From positions 116,250,001-116,314,000 of the forward strand of contig OX597818.1 of NCBI GenBank assembly GCA_951406725.2: DNA of 64,000 nt, in the 5' to 3' direction. The notes under the pieces are model-generated. The model was given only the letters and a program-made list of their open reading frames with translations. It made no database searches and had not been told where the DNA came from. Of this stretch, positions 1 to 14,095 are shown one piece after another; position 1 is the first letter of the stretch, and every line of letters begins with the position of its first letter. The stretch is from Octopus vulgaris (Eukaryota). The translations under genes and the position numbers were made by a program.

Positions 1-597
1 ACATATATAGCTTGGTATTGATATATAAGCAAGTTTATGTATATATATTTAGTCCAAATATATGTATATACTTGTATGTGTTCTTTTGCGTGTGTGCGCT
101 TGCGCACGTGGGCGTAGTCTTGAAACACAGCATGTCGCTTTCATATGCATTTCAAGATATATACGTTTTTAATGAAGAGATTACGAAACTATTAGTAATT
201 AGAGCGCTGTCGGGGGGAAAGCGCGTAGATTATTTTTCGAGTGATACTTATGTGATTATTTCATAACAACTTCAAGTACTACAGAATAGTTCTATGTCAA
301 TTGTATAATGATTTTAAGTCAATATGTCACTAGTCATAAAGTGTTGCTAATACATGTTGACGTTAATAAGAAGAGTGATTTTTTTTTTTATGACAAAGTA
401 TATATCAGTTTAGTTGTGGTTTTTGTTCCTCGTCCAGACGACGTTGTTATCGGATATAAATGTGCTGATCTGCGATATGTTAGTGCATATGTTACAGGGA
501 CGTGCCGCCTGGGTAGGTAAGGTAGGCAGTACCTACCTTGAATAAAATAGATCGATAGCAACATTTTCCTTTTATGGCAAATTATGCATCTAATTCA

Positions 598-680
<83 letters not shown>

Positions 681-683
<3 letters not shown>

Positions 684-1505
684 GAATTCTGATTAATGAT
701 TATCCGGACAGTTGCTATAATAACGAAACTAAAGCACGCAGAGTAAAGCCACTTGATACAGACTGACCTTCACCTCTGCTGTGCATATGTACTAAATCTT
801 AACTCTGGCTCACTTCCGCTGTTTACAGAAGTGTCTCGAAGTAACATGTGTAACGTATGATCGTTGTATTGACCATAACAGAGAAAGTTGTCATGGCGAT
901 ACCTGCTCAGAGGCCCACGCAAAGTTGCAGAAAGCATATGGAGGGGAGTGTATGAGCCGCCCACAAGCGTACGAGTTGTTTAGACGTTTCCCAAATGGCC
1001 GAAAAAAAGTCGATATTGACGAACATTTTGGGAGACCTGCAAACAGCGGATCTTAGAAAAAACATCACGTATGTGCGTCCAGCTGTGAAATCGTTGAATC
1101 ACTATCCGTGAGATTAGTTACGGTTCAGTTCAGTCCATTATCACTGAAGAGTTGTGTATGAGACGTGTGTCAGCCAAGTTTGTGACAAAATCGCTTTTAG
1201 CTGACCAAATAGACACTCGGGTTTCAGCTGCGCAAAATTTCGTTCATTGTGTCGAGAACGGTGAGAACTTTTTGAAAACTTTCCGTAGACCTCTGAACAT
1301 GCATCACCAAGCTTTTGGCAAAGTTTGATCAGATTCTCTGTTCAGCTTTCTCCGTCAAGTTCAACGAACACACGCTACCTACGTTACTTGCAAGCATTGT
1401 TGTAAACAGAGTTCACGGTCAATCTGTACTAAGGGACTTTCCTCTGCGTGCTTTAGCTGTGGTCACTATAGCAACAGTCCGGGTACTTATTGATCAGATC
1501 ACGTA
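681..1505 (+). mobile_element. Decayed, internally deleted mariner-type element with long imperfect terminal inverted repeats
   Basis: 681-770 is the imperfect reverse complement of ~1405-1505 (ccggacagttgctata...ctaaagcacgcagag). Internal translation fragments MSRPQAYELFRRF..GR...D.DEH.GRP and MRRVSAKFV.K resemble the mariner N-terminal HTH/WVPH region. TA flanks. Confidence 0.7.
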
Positions 1506-1829
1506 TATATTCGTATGGTATATTCTGTTAAGAACGTAATAGGCTACAGTATAAAGCTCATCCACCTTCAGATTTCACTCTGTTCTATCCAGTAGTACCA
1601 TTATACGTACTTCTAGGTTTGAATTTGTGTGTTAGTCGTGCGTGAGTAGGTAATCGAAAAAATTGGAGTCAACAAAAAGGGGTACGGCCGGACGTTTATT
1701 TTTTAATCACTACGGTTGTTTCGACGCAAAGTGGTTCTCCAGATGTACTTGATTACTTGCAGGCCACGACAGACAGACAGTATGTTCTTGCAGCCGAGGA
1801 TTTTAAACTAACGGAGACAATATTTACAT

Positions 1830-1936
1830 ATCGCCTGAGGAAACACGACTAGATCTCATAATGCAGGGAAACTGTTGCATAATCAAGTACCTGCACGCAT
1901 CGAGAACTACGGTTGCGTGGAAACAATTGTAGTGAT
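1830..1936 (+). ncRNA. Type I hammerhead ribozyme-like motif with large stem II insertion
   Basis: atcgc-CTGAGGA-aa-cacg...cgtg-GAAAC-AATT-GTA-gtgat: stem I atcgc/gtgat, palindromic stem III. 1878-1987 has an imperfect inverted copy at ~1655-1762. Followed by (TA)n. Confidence 0.6.
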
Positions 1937-2059
1937 TAAAAAATAAATACCCAACTGTACCCCTTCTTGCTGACTTCAATTTTTTCAAATATGTATATAT
2001 ATATATATATATATATGGCCGCGTGTGTATCGTTGGCCGCGTGTGTATCGTTGTGACCG

Positions 2060-2251
2060 CGTGTGTATCGTAGTCGATTTTTTCCACCGTCTTCCCTTCC
2101 TTGGATCTTTCCCTTTTCTATGTTTCTGACGAAGGGCTCCGCTAGAAACGTTAAATCCTCCTTCTTTCTTTCCTTTCCTGAGCGTTCAATAACACTATAC
2201 TTGTTCCACGTCCTCGCGTTGTGTTTTCTCTTTGTGTTTTCATGTTTGGAT

Positions 2252-2255
<4 letters not shown>
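2060..2255 (+). mobile_element. Short (TA)n-flanked repeat (PLE pLTR-like) carrying a minimal hammerhead at 2122-2156
   Basis: gttt-CTGACGA-a-gggc-tcc-gcta-GAAACGTT-aaat. Homologous to 53660-53903. Ends in ggattaac-(TA)n. Confidence 0.65.
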
Positions 2256-2299
<44 letters not shown>

Positions 2300-2704
2300 G
2301 CTGGATACATGCACGCACACATACACACACAAACTCATATACATATAAGGTTATATTTGAGTACGTGTGTATGAGAGTACGTACCATTTAAATAATTATA
2401 TATGGTATGAAGTCTTCGCAAATTGAGGTGAAACAAGTTATAATCTATAAATCTATAACAAAGAAACGCGCGTTCACATACATGCATAAAAGCATGCGCA
2501 CAAATACGCACACCCACGTTGCACGCACGCACACAACTTATGGAACATTTTATAGGTATTCGCGTAATGAATGCCAAGTATTGTTTTCATAAATAGAAAA
2601 AAATAATAATGCAAAATGATAAAAGAACTATAGGGGAATGGAATTGTCTTTTTAATAACAAATTAGGCTTTATTCGGTGGCGAAGGTATGTGAATTCAAT
2701 TACG

Positions 2705-2829
<125 letters not shown>

Positions 2830-3479
2830 GCACCGATTAAATTAACTAAGTATACACACACACACACACGCTATTTTATATACATATTACATCTTTATAT
2901 GTGCATGTACACATATTAAGAATAGTATCTTGATATTTTATTTTTTTGTAAAAAAAGATTAAGTTAATTTTCGTTATTTATAGATTACATACTGAATAGA
3001 AATTAAAAGAGCTATGATATTAAATATCTTATTTCCATTCATGGAAGAATGATTACCTTTTCATTGAAAACCATATGCATTCGCAATTAAGTTTGATAAT
3101 AGAATTTGGGCAGTTCGAGTAATTAAAAACGAAGCTGAAAATTGAAGAAAATATGAATGAAATGCAATATATAGATAATGAAAATCGCAACTATCAATTA
3201 CTTCTCGGTGGGAAATATAATTATATTAATACTATTGCAATACATCTCCATATGGTGATACCGGTCACTGGCACAGTTGAGTATGTCAAACCAGGAGTTT
3301 ATTGCTAGCATATTTTCCGGCAGACATGTTGAAATTTTTAGAGCAAACCTCTAAATTTTTAGGGCCAAATGGTATACACAAATCCGTGTGAAAAGCAGCT
3401 GGAGTCAGAAAGATAGTGACGGTGATTGAATGTTTACACTTAATACATCGATTTGTATGTTAGAAAGCAGGGTTTCAAG

Positions 3480-3880
3480 ACAATGTTAAATTAATAGTGG
3501 AACTTCAAGCAGTTCTGCATTACGACAGCAGGAAAATTACATCAATGCGACAAGCAAGTTACTGGAAGAGACTGAAAGAGCAGCGACTCTACTCACTGAA
3601 GCAACGATGAGAGTGATATGCTGTGATATAAGTATGGAAGATCCTGGGGGGATTGACACCAAACTTTGGCGTCAAGAGCTATACGAGCCCCCAAACTGGA
3701 CGTCGCTCCACAAATCCAACGGTCACACGAAGATCATATTGCAATAACTTTAGGATTGAAGGGTTCTCGAATGTATCATTATCTGGCCAGAATATCTGAT
3801 AGATCTGCATGGAGTAGGGTAGGATACCTTAAAGAACCAGCTTGACCTCCAACTGTTCAAGGTCCCAGATGAGCCCACAT
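3480..3880 (+). pseudogene. Decayed CR1/L2-type LINE ORF2 C-terminus
   Basis: Translates SYWKRLKEQRLYSLKQR*E*YAVI*VWKILGG...LKNQLDLQLFKVPDEP, matching the typical YWERL..L.LYSLERRRERY..IY.WKIL ... LD..L..VPDEP end of these LINEs. Multiple stops. Confidence 0.7.
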
Positions 3881-4035
3881 CGCGACAAGAAACTCAAAAG
3901 AGGGCAGCAATATCGAATTCTCTCCTTCAACTCTTCAACAAAGACCAATCGCAAAAATATGAACGTTGAAAAGTTGATAATACTGGCCCAATGCCCAAGC
4001 ATGGCCACAACCTTTGGGCGAAAACGCATAAAAGA

Positions 4036-4066
<31 letters not shown>

Positions 4067-4129
4067 AACATGTGTGTGCGTGTGTGCGTGCGTGTGTGTG
4101 TGCGTGTCCGTGTGTGTTTGTGAGTTAGT

Positions 4130-4325
4130 TTATTTGTATCTTTGACCTCCAATACGGCTTGAAAGCCAGTGTTCGTGTACTTACGTCCCCGTAACTTAAC
4201 TTTTCGACAAAAGAGATCAATGAAATATGCTTTATAAAAGTACTGGGGTCGATTCATTTGACTAAAATTCCACGAGACGGTGCCCTAGCATGGCCGCAGT
4301 TTAATGTCTGAAACAAGTAAAAGAT
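4130..4325 (+). mobile_element. SINE 3' half (family of 55255-55637)
   Basis: cgtccccgtaactta...ggtgc..agcatggccgcagt..atg.ctgaaacaagtaaaaga shared with 7470-7672, 13910-14095, 31720-32070, 42415-42780 and 55255-55637. Confidence 0.8.
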
Positions 4326-4791
4326 AAGTCTCGTAGCATGTACACCAAAGAATGGTAACAGGAAGCCACCCTTGAATTCTCCAACGAAATTTCCTCGACT
4401 GACTGGTTGTTCGTCGCCATGATAGTTCGAAACAGAAAAAGTACATAATTTTATGAATAACGTAACATATCACAAATACTTCAGAACAGACACAGCAGCT
4501 TGTCTTTGTCTCAAACTTCGTCATCAGGAAAGAAAAAGAAGATAAATTATTCATAACTCTGTTTTCATCAGCATCACACCTATAACTTGTTGGCTTGAAA
4601 TCGGATTTGATATCCTTCAACAAGAAATAATAGAAACAAAAAAAAATGAAAACAAGAATACATTTGTAATTCATGTAATATAAAATGTAGAAGTCAAGCA
4701 AATGTCTCTTAGATAATGTAAACACAGTTTGTGTATGCGAGCGTATGCATATGTTTATACGATATCATGTAATATAATGATTTACTATAGA

Positions 4792-4870
<79 letters not shown>

Positions 4871-5169
4871 ACGCGCGGGTGTATTATATTCTTAGCATGA
4901 TGGCTGGCATGGGAGCAGAAAAAAAATGTCTCGTGCTTTTTAGTATACGGCTTATGATAAATGTGTTTTAACCCCTGTACTTCTATCAATAAATTTGCTA
5001 TTCAATGTCGATTATTTTAAATCATACACATGTGTATTTACGTTCAAGTGGAGATAGAGTCTTTGGTATACTGAATGGAAGCATTTGACATAGCACAAAG
5101 TAATAGAATTATAAGATATAACAGGTTTGGGACATGACCTCGTTAACTGTAAGTATTATATATATATAT

Positions 5170-5360
5170 GATTGATTGCTAGCCACTAAACCTTTTTCCA
5201 TTTCCTCTCCACGTTTATTTCTGTGTTCCTTTCGTGGAAGAGCGTAGGCTCGAAATGTAAAAGACTGTCACTTCCCGAGCCTTAAATTAATATATCTGTT
5301 TGTTGTTTACACACCCGTCATCGTCTTTTGTTTTGTTTATTTATTTGTAAATTCCAACTA
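5170..5360 (+). mobile_element. Short TA-flanked repeat with decayed hammerhead-like motif
   Basis: ttcgtggaa-gagc-gtag-gctc-gaaatgtaa; same layout as the 2122 and 53763 motifs but core mutated. (TA)n on both sides. Confidence 0.45.
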
Positions 5361-6023
5361 TATATATGTGTGTGTGTGTGCATCACACAAGAAATTTGCC
5401 CAGAAGAGAAGGGGAGATAAACATCCAAAAGATGCCACCTATGTGTAAAGTCCCTTGATTCATTGATTCATTGTTTCATTCACGCGAATTTGCGATAACC
5501 AATGTGAACGAAACGAGACTGCTTTTTTTCTAAATGGGAGGTCAATTTTGCTTTTCATCCTTTTGGAGTCGATAAATTAAGTACCAGTCGCGTACTGGGG
5601 TCGATCTAATCGACTGGTCCCCCTCCCACCAAAATTTCGGGCCTTCTGCCTAGAATAGAAAAGAATATATTTCTCTACTTTAAATAAGATCGTATCCCGA
5701 CGGAGGAGAATGGGCTCTGACATTTTGAGCAGTGTAAATCTTCTGCAGAAGAAAACAGGTCTTTAATTCCTTTGATATAATCTCTATGTTGCAACAAACA
5801 GAAAATAATCCCTTTTAGACTAAGATTTCGCTCAAAACATCAGAATTTTCGACCACACAAGACATACAGACTTAGCAAAAGTTTTACAGGGTCCTAGTTT
5901 GTAAATTTTATACTGTCCAGGGCTGTATTTTATTTTTTGCAAATTATTTTATTCAGTAGGGACTATGATATTTTCTGCATATCTGAGCTGTCAGGGATTT
6001 TTTCTGGTACCTTATCCATAGGT

Positions 6024-6325
6024 AGTGGAGGCACTTGGCCTAGTGGTCGAGGGATCGCGGGTTCAAATCTCAGACCGGGCAAAGTGTGTGTTTATGAGCG
6101 AAACACCTACGCTCCACGCGGCTCCGACAGAAGGTAATGGCGAACTTCTGCTGACTCTTTCGCGACAACTTTCTGTCACTCTTTCCTCCTGCATCTTGCA
6201 GCTCACCTGCGACGAATCGGCGTGCCGTCCAGGTGGGGAAACAATACGCCAATGAAACCGGGAAAGCGGCCCTTATGAGCCAGGAATGGCTCGAGAAAGA
6301 ACAAACAACAACAACAACAACAAAT
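6024..6325 (+). mobile_element. tRNA-derived SINE with (CAA)n tail
   Basis: A-box-like tggcctagtgg, B-box-like ggttcaaatc, 3' aacaacaacaa tail. Confidence 0.7.
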
Positions 6326-7414
6326 AACCAAGAGTATATCTAACCTGTTTACTTTTAACGATCAACGTCAGACATATTTATAAGTTGCGAGTTGCTAGTA
6401 CAGGACATAGGACGCATTAACTGCCGTGCTATACGATTTCTAGAAATTAGATAAGTTCTCCCATACGATTGATACCAGAAAGTGCTAAATTAACGGTTGG
6501 TACTAATTAATTAACAAAAACACTGTAATATCATATTACTAATTATTAATGTAATTTAAGACGCTGAAACTCGAAGACATATCTAGACCAACAATGACGT
6601 TAAAATTAGCCTAAACATCTCTCTGTCATACTCTGTCGTTATATATATATACATATACATATTTCTGGCTACGAACTAATTAAGACATAATAGGTCTCAT
6701 ATAAATCCAATACAATGCATACTCACTCGTACACACACAGAGAAACACATACACACATACACTCACACACAAATATCTATGCTACACTCATTTGATTTAT
6801 ATGGTAAAACATACCTTTATTGATTTCAAACTTAAAGGTGAGAGAACAATACAACACTATCAAATGAAAGTAGTTTTCACCATGTCACTATCTTTTAATA
6901 TCATATATCGTTGAATGTCTTAGAAACAGTAGCAAATTAACCCTCATCTCATATCAAGTGATTTTAAAACAAATACCAAAAATTCAATAATGTAATCTCA
7001 GATACAATTTTGGAATATTTTTTTATATCAAGTTTGTTTTGGGTGAAATATTTGGAAGAATGCAAACCTACATCACCACCAGGCCCGTCAAGAAAATCAC
7101 GACATTATCAATGAGAAAGCCAGTAAGTGATTGCTCGATCTGCTGAAAATAGCAGCAAATTCTCCCTAAAGTTTTACTATCTCTCGTGTCACAAAATATG
7201 TGACGGATTAGATACCGTGTCTCTGGTCTAGACAAACTGTTTCTGATTTCTGATTCGAACAGTTGATAGTCACGGATAAAGAAAACTTTGATCACATGTC
7301 CGATCAATCAAAACCAGTACTTCATGGTAAAAAAAGAACAAGAACACTACAAAAAGATATTTCAAAAATATGATGCTATGATGCTAGGTGCTTCCATTAT
7401 TTTCTCCAGCTTCC

Positions 7415-7453
<39 letters not shown>

Positions 7454-7469
7454 TGTATGTTTGTGTGTG

Positions 7470-8050
7470 TGTCTGTGTTTGTCCCCCACTGTCGCTCAAC
7501 AACCGATGCTGATGTATTTACGTACCCCTAACTTAGCGGTTAGGCCAAAGAGACCGACGGAATAAGTACTAGGCTTACGAAGAATAAGTCCTACTATCGA
7601 TTTGTTCAGCTAGAACGCGGTGCTCCAGCATGGCCGCAGTCAAATGACTGAAACAAATAAAAGAATAAAAGAACAAACGAATCCATTTGACCTCTACAGA
7701 ACAGGTATTACACTGTCCTAATAAGGAGCACTCTGCCGGTTACGACGTCGAGGGACCAACGGAACAGCTTGATACGACCAACGGAACAGCTTGCTCGTGA
7801 AAATAAATGGGCAAGTGGCTGAGTACTCCACAGACACCTGTAACGTTAACGTAGTTCTCAGCGAGATTGAGCGTGACACAGAGTTTGACAAGGATGGCCC
7901 GTTGAAATATAAATACAACTCATTTTTAACCAGCTGAGTGGAGCAACGTGAAATAAAGTGTCTTGGTCAGGGGCGCAACGCGTCACCGGGAATTGAACTC
8001 ACGGCCTTACGATCGTGAGCCAAATGCCCTAACCACTAAGCCACTCACCT
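7470..8050. mobile_element. Adjacent SINE copies (plus-strand tail 7470-7672; minus-strand tRNA-headed SINE ~7700-8050)
   Basis: Shared SINE tail. The reverse complement of 7985-8045 reads tggcttagtggttaggg...gagttcaattccc (pol III A/B boxes). Confidence 0.7.
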
Positions 8051-8326
8051 TCACTGTCCTAATAAGAGTCTTGGATTTTAGGACTCAGGTTTGTCCTTCA
8101 ATGTTGCTTCATCGCGTTATATTATTTAAAGTTATATGGCAATTGTCTTTGTGAGAAGAGAAGCAGTGAAATGTCCTTCCAGCAACACATAATCGTCTAA
8201 GAAAAATTCATACAGGATTAACAAGATCTTGATGCGGCGTTGTGCCTGGGGTTGAAAAAGAACTGTAGTGTCATTTTTGCTTATTCAGTTACAACATGGG
8301 ACCAAACACCACCACCACCACCACCA

Positions 8327-8398
8327 CCCTCCTGCACCTCCTGCTCCTCCTGCACCTCCTGCTCCTCCTGCACCTCCTGCTCCTCCTGCACCTCCTGC
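8327..8398. repeat. 9-bp tandem repeat CCTCCTGCW
   Basis: Alternating cctcctgca/cctcctgct units. Confidence 0.9.
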
Positions 8399-9220
8399 TT
8401 CTCATCATCAACATTATCATCATTGTAATCAGACACATCAATAGAACAAAAGTTGATTTGTGAATTACAAGCAAGTTAGATTAAGATTGCCAGTAAAAAT
8501 CAGTGCGAATGATATGAAATATATAAATGATGAAAAAGAGACCGTTGGATTGAATGTATTTGAGAGTCTGGTTAAGATTTTCTGTCTACCAATGTAGAAA
8601 GTGTGAGAAAGAAAGAAAAAGGGGGAAAAATATATGAAACCGGAAGAGGGAAAGGAAACGAGGATGACAATGAAAAAAAAAGAAAAGAGGGAAAGGCAGA
8701 AAGAGAGGAAGGAGCAGTGAGTGAGAAGTGGAGAGACTGATGTGATAGAGAGAGAAAGAGAGATAGATTGATAGATTGATTGATTGATTGAGAAAGAGAG
8801 AGAGAAAAAAAGAGCGGAATGAGGGAGAAATAGACAGAAGAGCGAAGGAAATATAAAGGACGAGTAATGGTGGTGGGAAAGTATTATACATACATACACA
8901 CACGCACATATACACATATACATATACATACAAATATATATGTATGTGTATAAATATATTGTATATGTATATGTACACATATATATGTATCTATCCATCT
9001 ATTTACATGTATGTGTATGTGTATATATATATATATATATACACAAATACACATACAAACATATATATATATACACATACACATACAAACATATATATAT
9101 ATACAAACACACACATACATATATATATATGTATGTGTGTATGTGGTGTGTGTGTATGTGTATGTGTGTGTGTATGTGTATGTGTGTGTGTATATATACA
9201 TATATATATATACACACTCA

Positions 9221-9255
<35 letters not shown>

Positions 9256-10389
9256 ACACAAACAAATATATGTATACATATATACAAGCACACATTTATA
9301 TGCATATATGTGTATATATATATATTTATATATACATGGAGAGAGTGAGAGAGAGAGAGAGACAGAAAGAAAGAATGAAGGAGAGAGGAGAGTTGGAAGG
9401 ACAGGGAAGAGAAGGAGAGAACCTCAACGGTAGATTTGCCAAGAAAACGACAGCCAGAGACTAAGCGGTTCGGAGTAAAATGTTAATATTCCTTGTCATA
9501 AATCATTAAAATGCTGCTTGTAAATGTAATATTGACGTTGTTTGCAGGCATTTGAAGTATTCTATATTTTGCCAGTATTTTTTTTTTTTGCATTTTTTTC
9601 CCTCTCGTCTTAGTTGTACGTTATTTTGTAATTTTAACTTTGAGTTCTTTTTCGAATGCGTAAACGAATGTTTACCGAATTTATCAAAACAGAAAGGATA
9701 ACGCCAAGACAACGTCATTTGGAAAGTTATATACACTGCAATTACAGACCATTTAATCGTTCAAAAGTTCGATATTGTTTTTTGTTTTTTTTTGTAATAT
9801 TGCATTACGTTATTTTGCTGTTTTCTTCTAGTTTTATTACCAAGACGCCATTTCAAAAGAAATGAGTGCAAAGATCATTAAAGAATCATTCTGGATTGGA
9901 TAATCTTTAATTAACCCCAAATCACTGCTCTGGAGGGAAAAAAATATCGTTAAAATGTTTAATAGCTTTCTCCATGTTCTCTGTCCAATAAAATAATATA
10001 TATAAAACCACCGAGAATGTTGTATATTATATATTACAAAATAACAAAATGAAAAGCCAAACATCAAGGATAATCTTGCATGTTAATTTGACAATAATTT
10101 AATTTGTTTTTTATATCTTAATTAGTTCTGGAACATATTGTGACAGTTGGTTTATGCTGACTCTATTGACAAGGTAACTTGATTAAATAATATAGGGTAG
10201 GTGTTTGGTTTAATTAGATCAAACACGCTATTTATTGCTCTTTACTTTAAGACCCTAGTGGGATGAAAGGCAAAAATTTCCTTCGGAGAGATTTGATTGA
10301 AGGAAAATGATTAAAGATCAATGTGCTAAAATGTTTAGTTCGAAGGTATAGAGTTTCCACTAAATGCGCCACTGTTTCGTATATAAATT

Positions 10390-10950
10390 AGCGTGGCTGT
10401 GTGGTAAGAAGTTTGCTTCCCAACCACATGGTTCCGGGTTCACTGCCACTGCATGTCAACTTGCGGTTGTGTAATTCCCTTTATGGGACTGTCACGTTAA
10501 GTCGACAGAATACAACTGCTCTATCGTTTCACCACTGCTTATATCTCTTTGAGATATTTAGAAATTTAATATTTCTAATTTTGGTGATCAGGGAATATAC
10601 TGCCGTACGTTCTGAGTTCAATTTCCGCCGAGGTCGACTTTGCCTTTCATCCTTTCGGGGTTGATAAATTAAGTACCAGTTACGCACTGGGGTCGATATA
10701 ATCGACGTAATCCATTTGTCTCTCCTTGTTTGTCCCTTCTGTGTTTAGCCGCTTGTGGGTAGTAAAGAAATAGGTATTTCGTCTGCCGCTACGTTCTGAG
10801 TTCAAATTCCACCGAGATTGATTTTGCCTTTCATCCTTTCGGAGTCGATAAATTAAGTACCAGTTACGCACTGGAATCGAGGTAATCGGCTTAATCCGTT
10901 TGTCGGTCCTTGTTTGTCCCCTCTATGTTTAGCCCTCTCTGGGTAATAAC
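10390..10950 (+). mobile_element. SINE head (10390-10455) and two tandem 5'-truncated copies of a second SINE family (~10590-10950)
   Basis: tacgttctgagttcaaattcc.ccgag...cctttcatcctttcgg.gtcgataaattaagtaccagttacgcactgg occurs twice; same family as 44123-44357. Confidence 0.8.
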
Positions 10951-12332
10951 GAAATTTTTTAAAAAATGCAACCACCTTGTCATTACATATTTAGTAAGAG
11001 GTTATTGACAGGGAACGGTGAAAATAAGGCAATGAATTGGCGCAGTCATTATACATTAAGCAAAATACCAGCAGTATGAGAGCCACGGGTCTTTCTGCTG
11101 CGAGTTGAAGCCTTTTTTTTAAAGTAAGTTTTATATTTTTATCTTCTGGTGTTGATGAATAAAATTCCAGTTATATACATCAGTGGTTTCTTATCTTTTT
11201 GAGTGTGGAAGACATTAATCCTTAAGAAAGATTGTGCCCCATCCAAGAGAAAGGAGACTTTTTCAATCATGAAGCTAGCATATAAACAAACAAATAGATA
11301 TATCACAGAAAATATAATCAGATTATATTTAGTCTGTAAAAGAAAATATTTCCAAATTATCCTTGAAAGAACTGTTAAAAAAAATTAAAATTAGTTATTA
11401 AAACTGTAAATAACGTAGAAGTAGTAAACTGTGTAAATTTTGATAATTTCGTTTTTTCAAATCCTGAAATTATATTTATTTATAGCTTTTCTTGAAAAAC
11501 TTCTGTTGATAATGAAAAAGCAATTATACCGACAGTTTAATTTCGATCCTAATTACCGTATTTCTATGTAATGGACGTATTAATTAAGAGTAAAGTGTGT
11601 GTTTGGCTTCTGATAATTCTGTTTGCATTAATGTTGATGTATGCACAAACTCTTGTTTTAGACGATGTAAAAAGCAAAAGAGAATACAAAAGAAAAAAAA
11701 AATAAAAATGACAAAATTTATAAACAATTTCATATATATTCTGAATAGACTTTGACGCGGTTTTGGAAAAGTTTTGTAATTCATAAAATATCTGCAGTAA
11801 GTGCACAAGTCGAAACGTGAGCTCCGAAGGTTCTTCTAATCTGACTATTCATAACAGTCGAATGGCCGAAGCAGTTTCAAAACATAAGGAGACATTAAAT
11901 GACGTTGACACAGCAAACTCTACTACTTTCACAATTGCTGCAACTGGCCAGTTGACATGCTGTCACAGTGTCGATCATATTGATTCCAATAGATGTTTCA
12001 ATTTGGTATTTAATTTATTGATCTCCATTCCCCTTATCTCACGTGATTATGGATGTCTATTAAAATGGCACAATAACTTCGTCATTTAGTCCGCTTGAGG
12101 AAGGAGAGAAATCACATTAGGTTCTAGAGACGATATATTTGGGCCGTAGTTAACGAAACTTATTCAATCCAAATGGTGCAACTCTTTCAAAAACACGATT
12201 CAATGCTCGTCATTTCATAAAATGTTCAAATGTCTTGTGAGAAGGAAGTACTGGCAGATATGATACATAACGATTTTATTGTTTCGTAGCAGACAAATAT
12301 ATTACGGCGGCGAAATTCTTGGTGGGTTAGAC

Positions 12333-12334
<2 letters not shown>

Positions 12335-12385
<51 letters not shown>

Positions 12386-12494
12386 TACATATTCACAAAT
12401 ATATGTATATGTATATATTTATATACATATACATATATATGGATGCATACGTACATACAGATACATATATATATATATATATATATATACATAC

Positions 12495-12539
<45 letters not shown>

Positions 12540-12673
12540 AGTATATATATATACATATATATATAAATATATATGCATATATGTATACATATATATATTA
12601 TACATACATATATATACATACATACATAATACATATATACATACATACATACATACATATATACATACATATG

Positions 12674-12743
<70 letters not shown>

Positions 12744-12750
12744 ATATATA
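12335..12750. repeat. Compound (TA)n/(TACA)n microsatellite
   Basis: Direct reading; similar compound arrays at 8885-9335, 47200-48010 and 53900-54290. Confidence 0.95.
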
Positions 12751-12978
12751 CTCATCTATACACACGCAATCAAAGTGATCTGCAGTGGAATATATAGAAG
12801 TCAATTAACATAAGTATATATTCCTTCGCTGCTAGGCAATACTTGGAGTCTGTGTTATGGCTTCACGAAACTATGAATAAAGCCTAATCTCTGTGTTGTA
12901 CATTTACCTTTCATGACTAATGTTTGCACAAAAGATAGTGTTATTTACGTATTCTCTACAGCTGAAAATGAAGTGTGC

Positions 12979-13055
<77 letters not shown>

Positions 13056-13369
13056 TGTATATTTATATATATGTGTGTGTTTTGTACGTGAACATGTTTC
13101 TTTGAATGGATGTATGTTTTGAAAAAAGAGAGAGAGAATGACATACAAGGAAAAGTGAGAGAGAGAGCCTGATATATATATATATATATATATATATACA
13201 TGTGTGTGTGTGTGTGTGTGTGTTAATGAATTACAGATTATGAAACGGACCCCGGTATAACTGGACATCTATCGGACAAGTTATTACAATTAATTCTGCT
13301 TACTTCAGGCAAATGGAAGCTCACCGTCTTTCTTTTGGAGCAACAGGCAGTTTGATGATGACACTTCTA

Positions 13370-13401
<32 letters not shown>

Positions 13402-13422
13402 AATGACGATCACAAGAGTAAG

Positions 13423-13492
<70 letters not shown>

Positions 13493-13665
13493 TTTCTACT
13501 ACTAAGTCTTTTATCCTCAGGTCAACCTGACCGAGCAATCTGCGATAACGACTCACACATACTGTGTCAGCAACAATGCTATAGAATGTGGCCATTCGAT
13601 TCGAAGACGTTCGGTGTAATTTAGGTGCTGTTTTTGTCAGTAACAGCAATGAAGCTGGTAATATA

Positions 13666-13848
13666 GGCGCAGGCTTGGGTGTATGGTGAAAGGCTTTCTT
13701 CCCAACCATGTGGATTCGGGTTCAGTCCCACTGTGTGGTATCTTGGGTGTCTTCTACCATAGCCTGGGGTCGACCCAAGCCTTATGAATGAATTTGGGAG
13801 ACCGAAACTGGAAGAAGTCCGTCGTACATACATACATACATACATACA

Positions 13849-13882
<34 letters not shown>

Positions 13883-14095
13883 CATACATACACACACGCT
13901 CACACATTTCTTTTATTTCTTTTACTTGTTTCACTCTGCAGCCATGCTGGAGCACCGCCTTTAGTCGAACTAATCGACCCAGGACTTATTCTTTTTAAGC
14001 CTAGTACTTATTCTATCAGTCTCTTTACCAAACCGCTAAGTTACGGGGACATAAACACACCAGCATTTGTTGTCAAACGATGGTGGGTTGAACAA
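13666..14095. mobile_element. SINE head (+, 13666-13826), (TACA)n, then SINE tail (-, 13910-14095)
   Basis: Matches the 5' and 3' halves of the 55255-55637 family. Confidence 0.75.

Noticed and set aside
4340-4620. Possible minus-strand host exon (polypyrimidine tract and AG near 4618, ATGGCG near 4420)
   Set aside because: No convincing donor site, no recognisable protein similarity, and the frame runs into a SINE; needs RNA-seq.
6024-6080. tRNA genes at SINE heads (also 10390, 13666, 44123)
   Set aside because: Only A/B-box remnants followed by SINE bodies; no complete cloverleaf.
8884-13268. Numerous ORFs rich in YI, HT, CV or YLSI repeats (also throughout the window)
   Set aside because: They are translations of (TA)n, (CA)n, (TATC)n and (TACA)n microsatellites that lack stops by composition.
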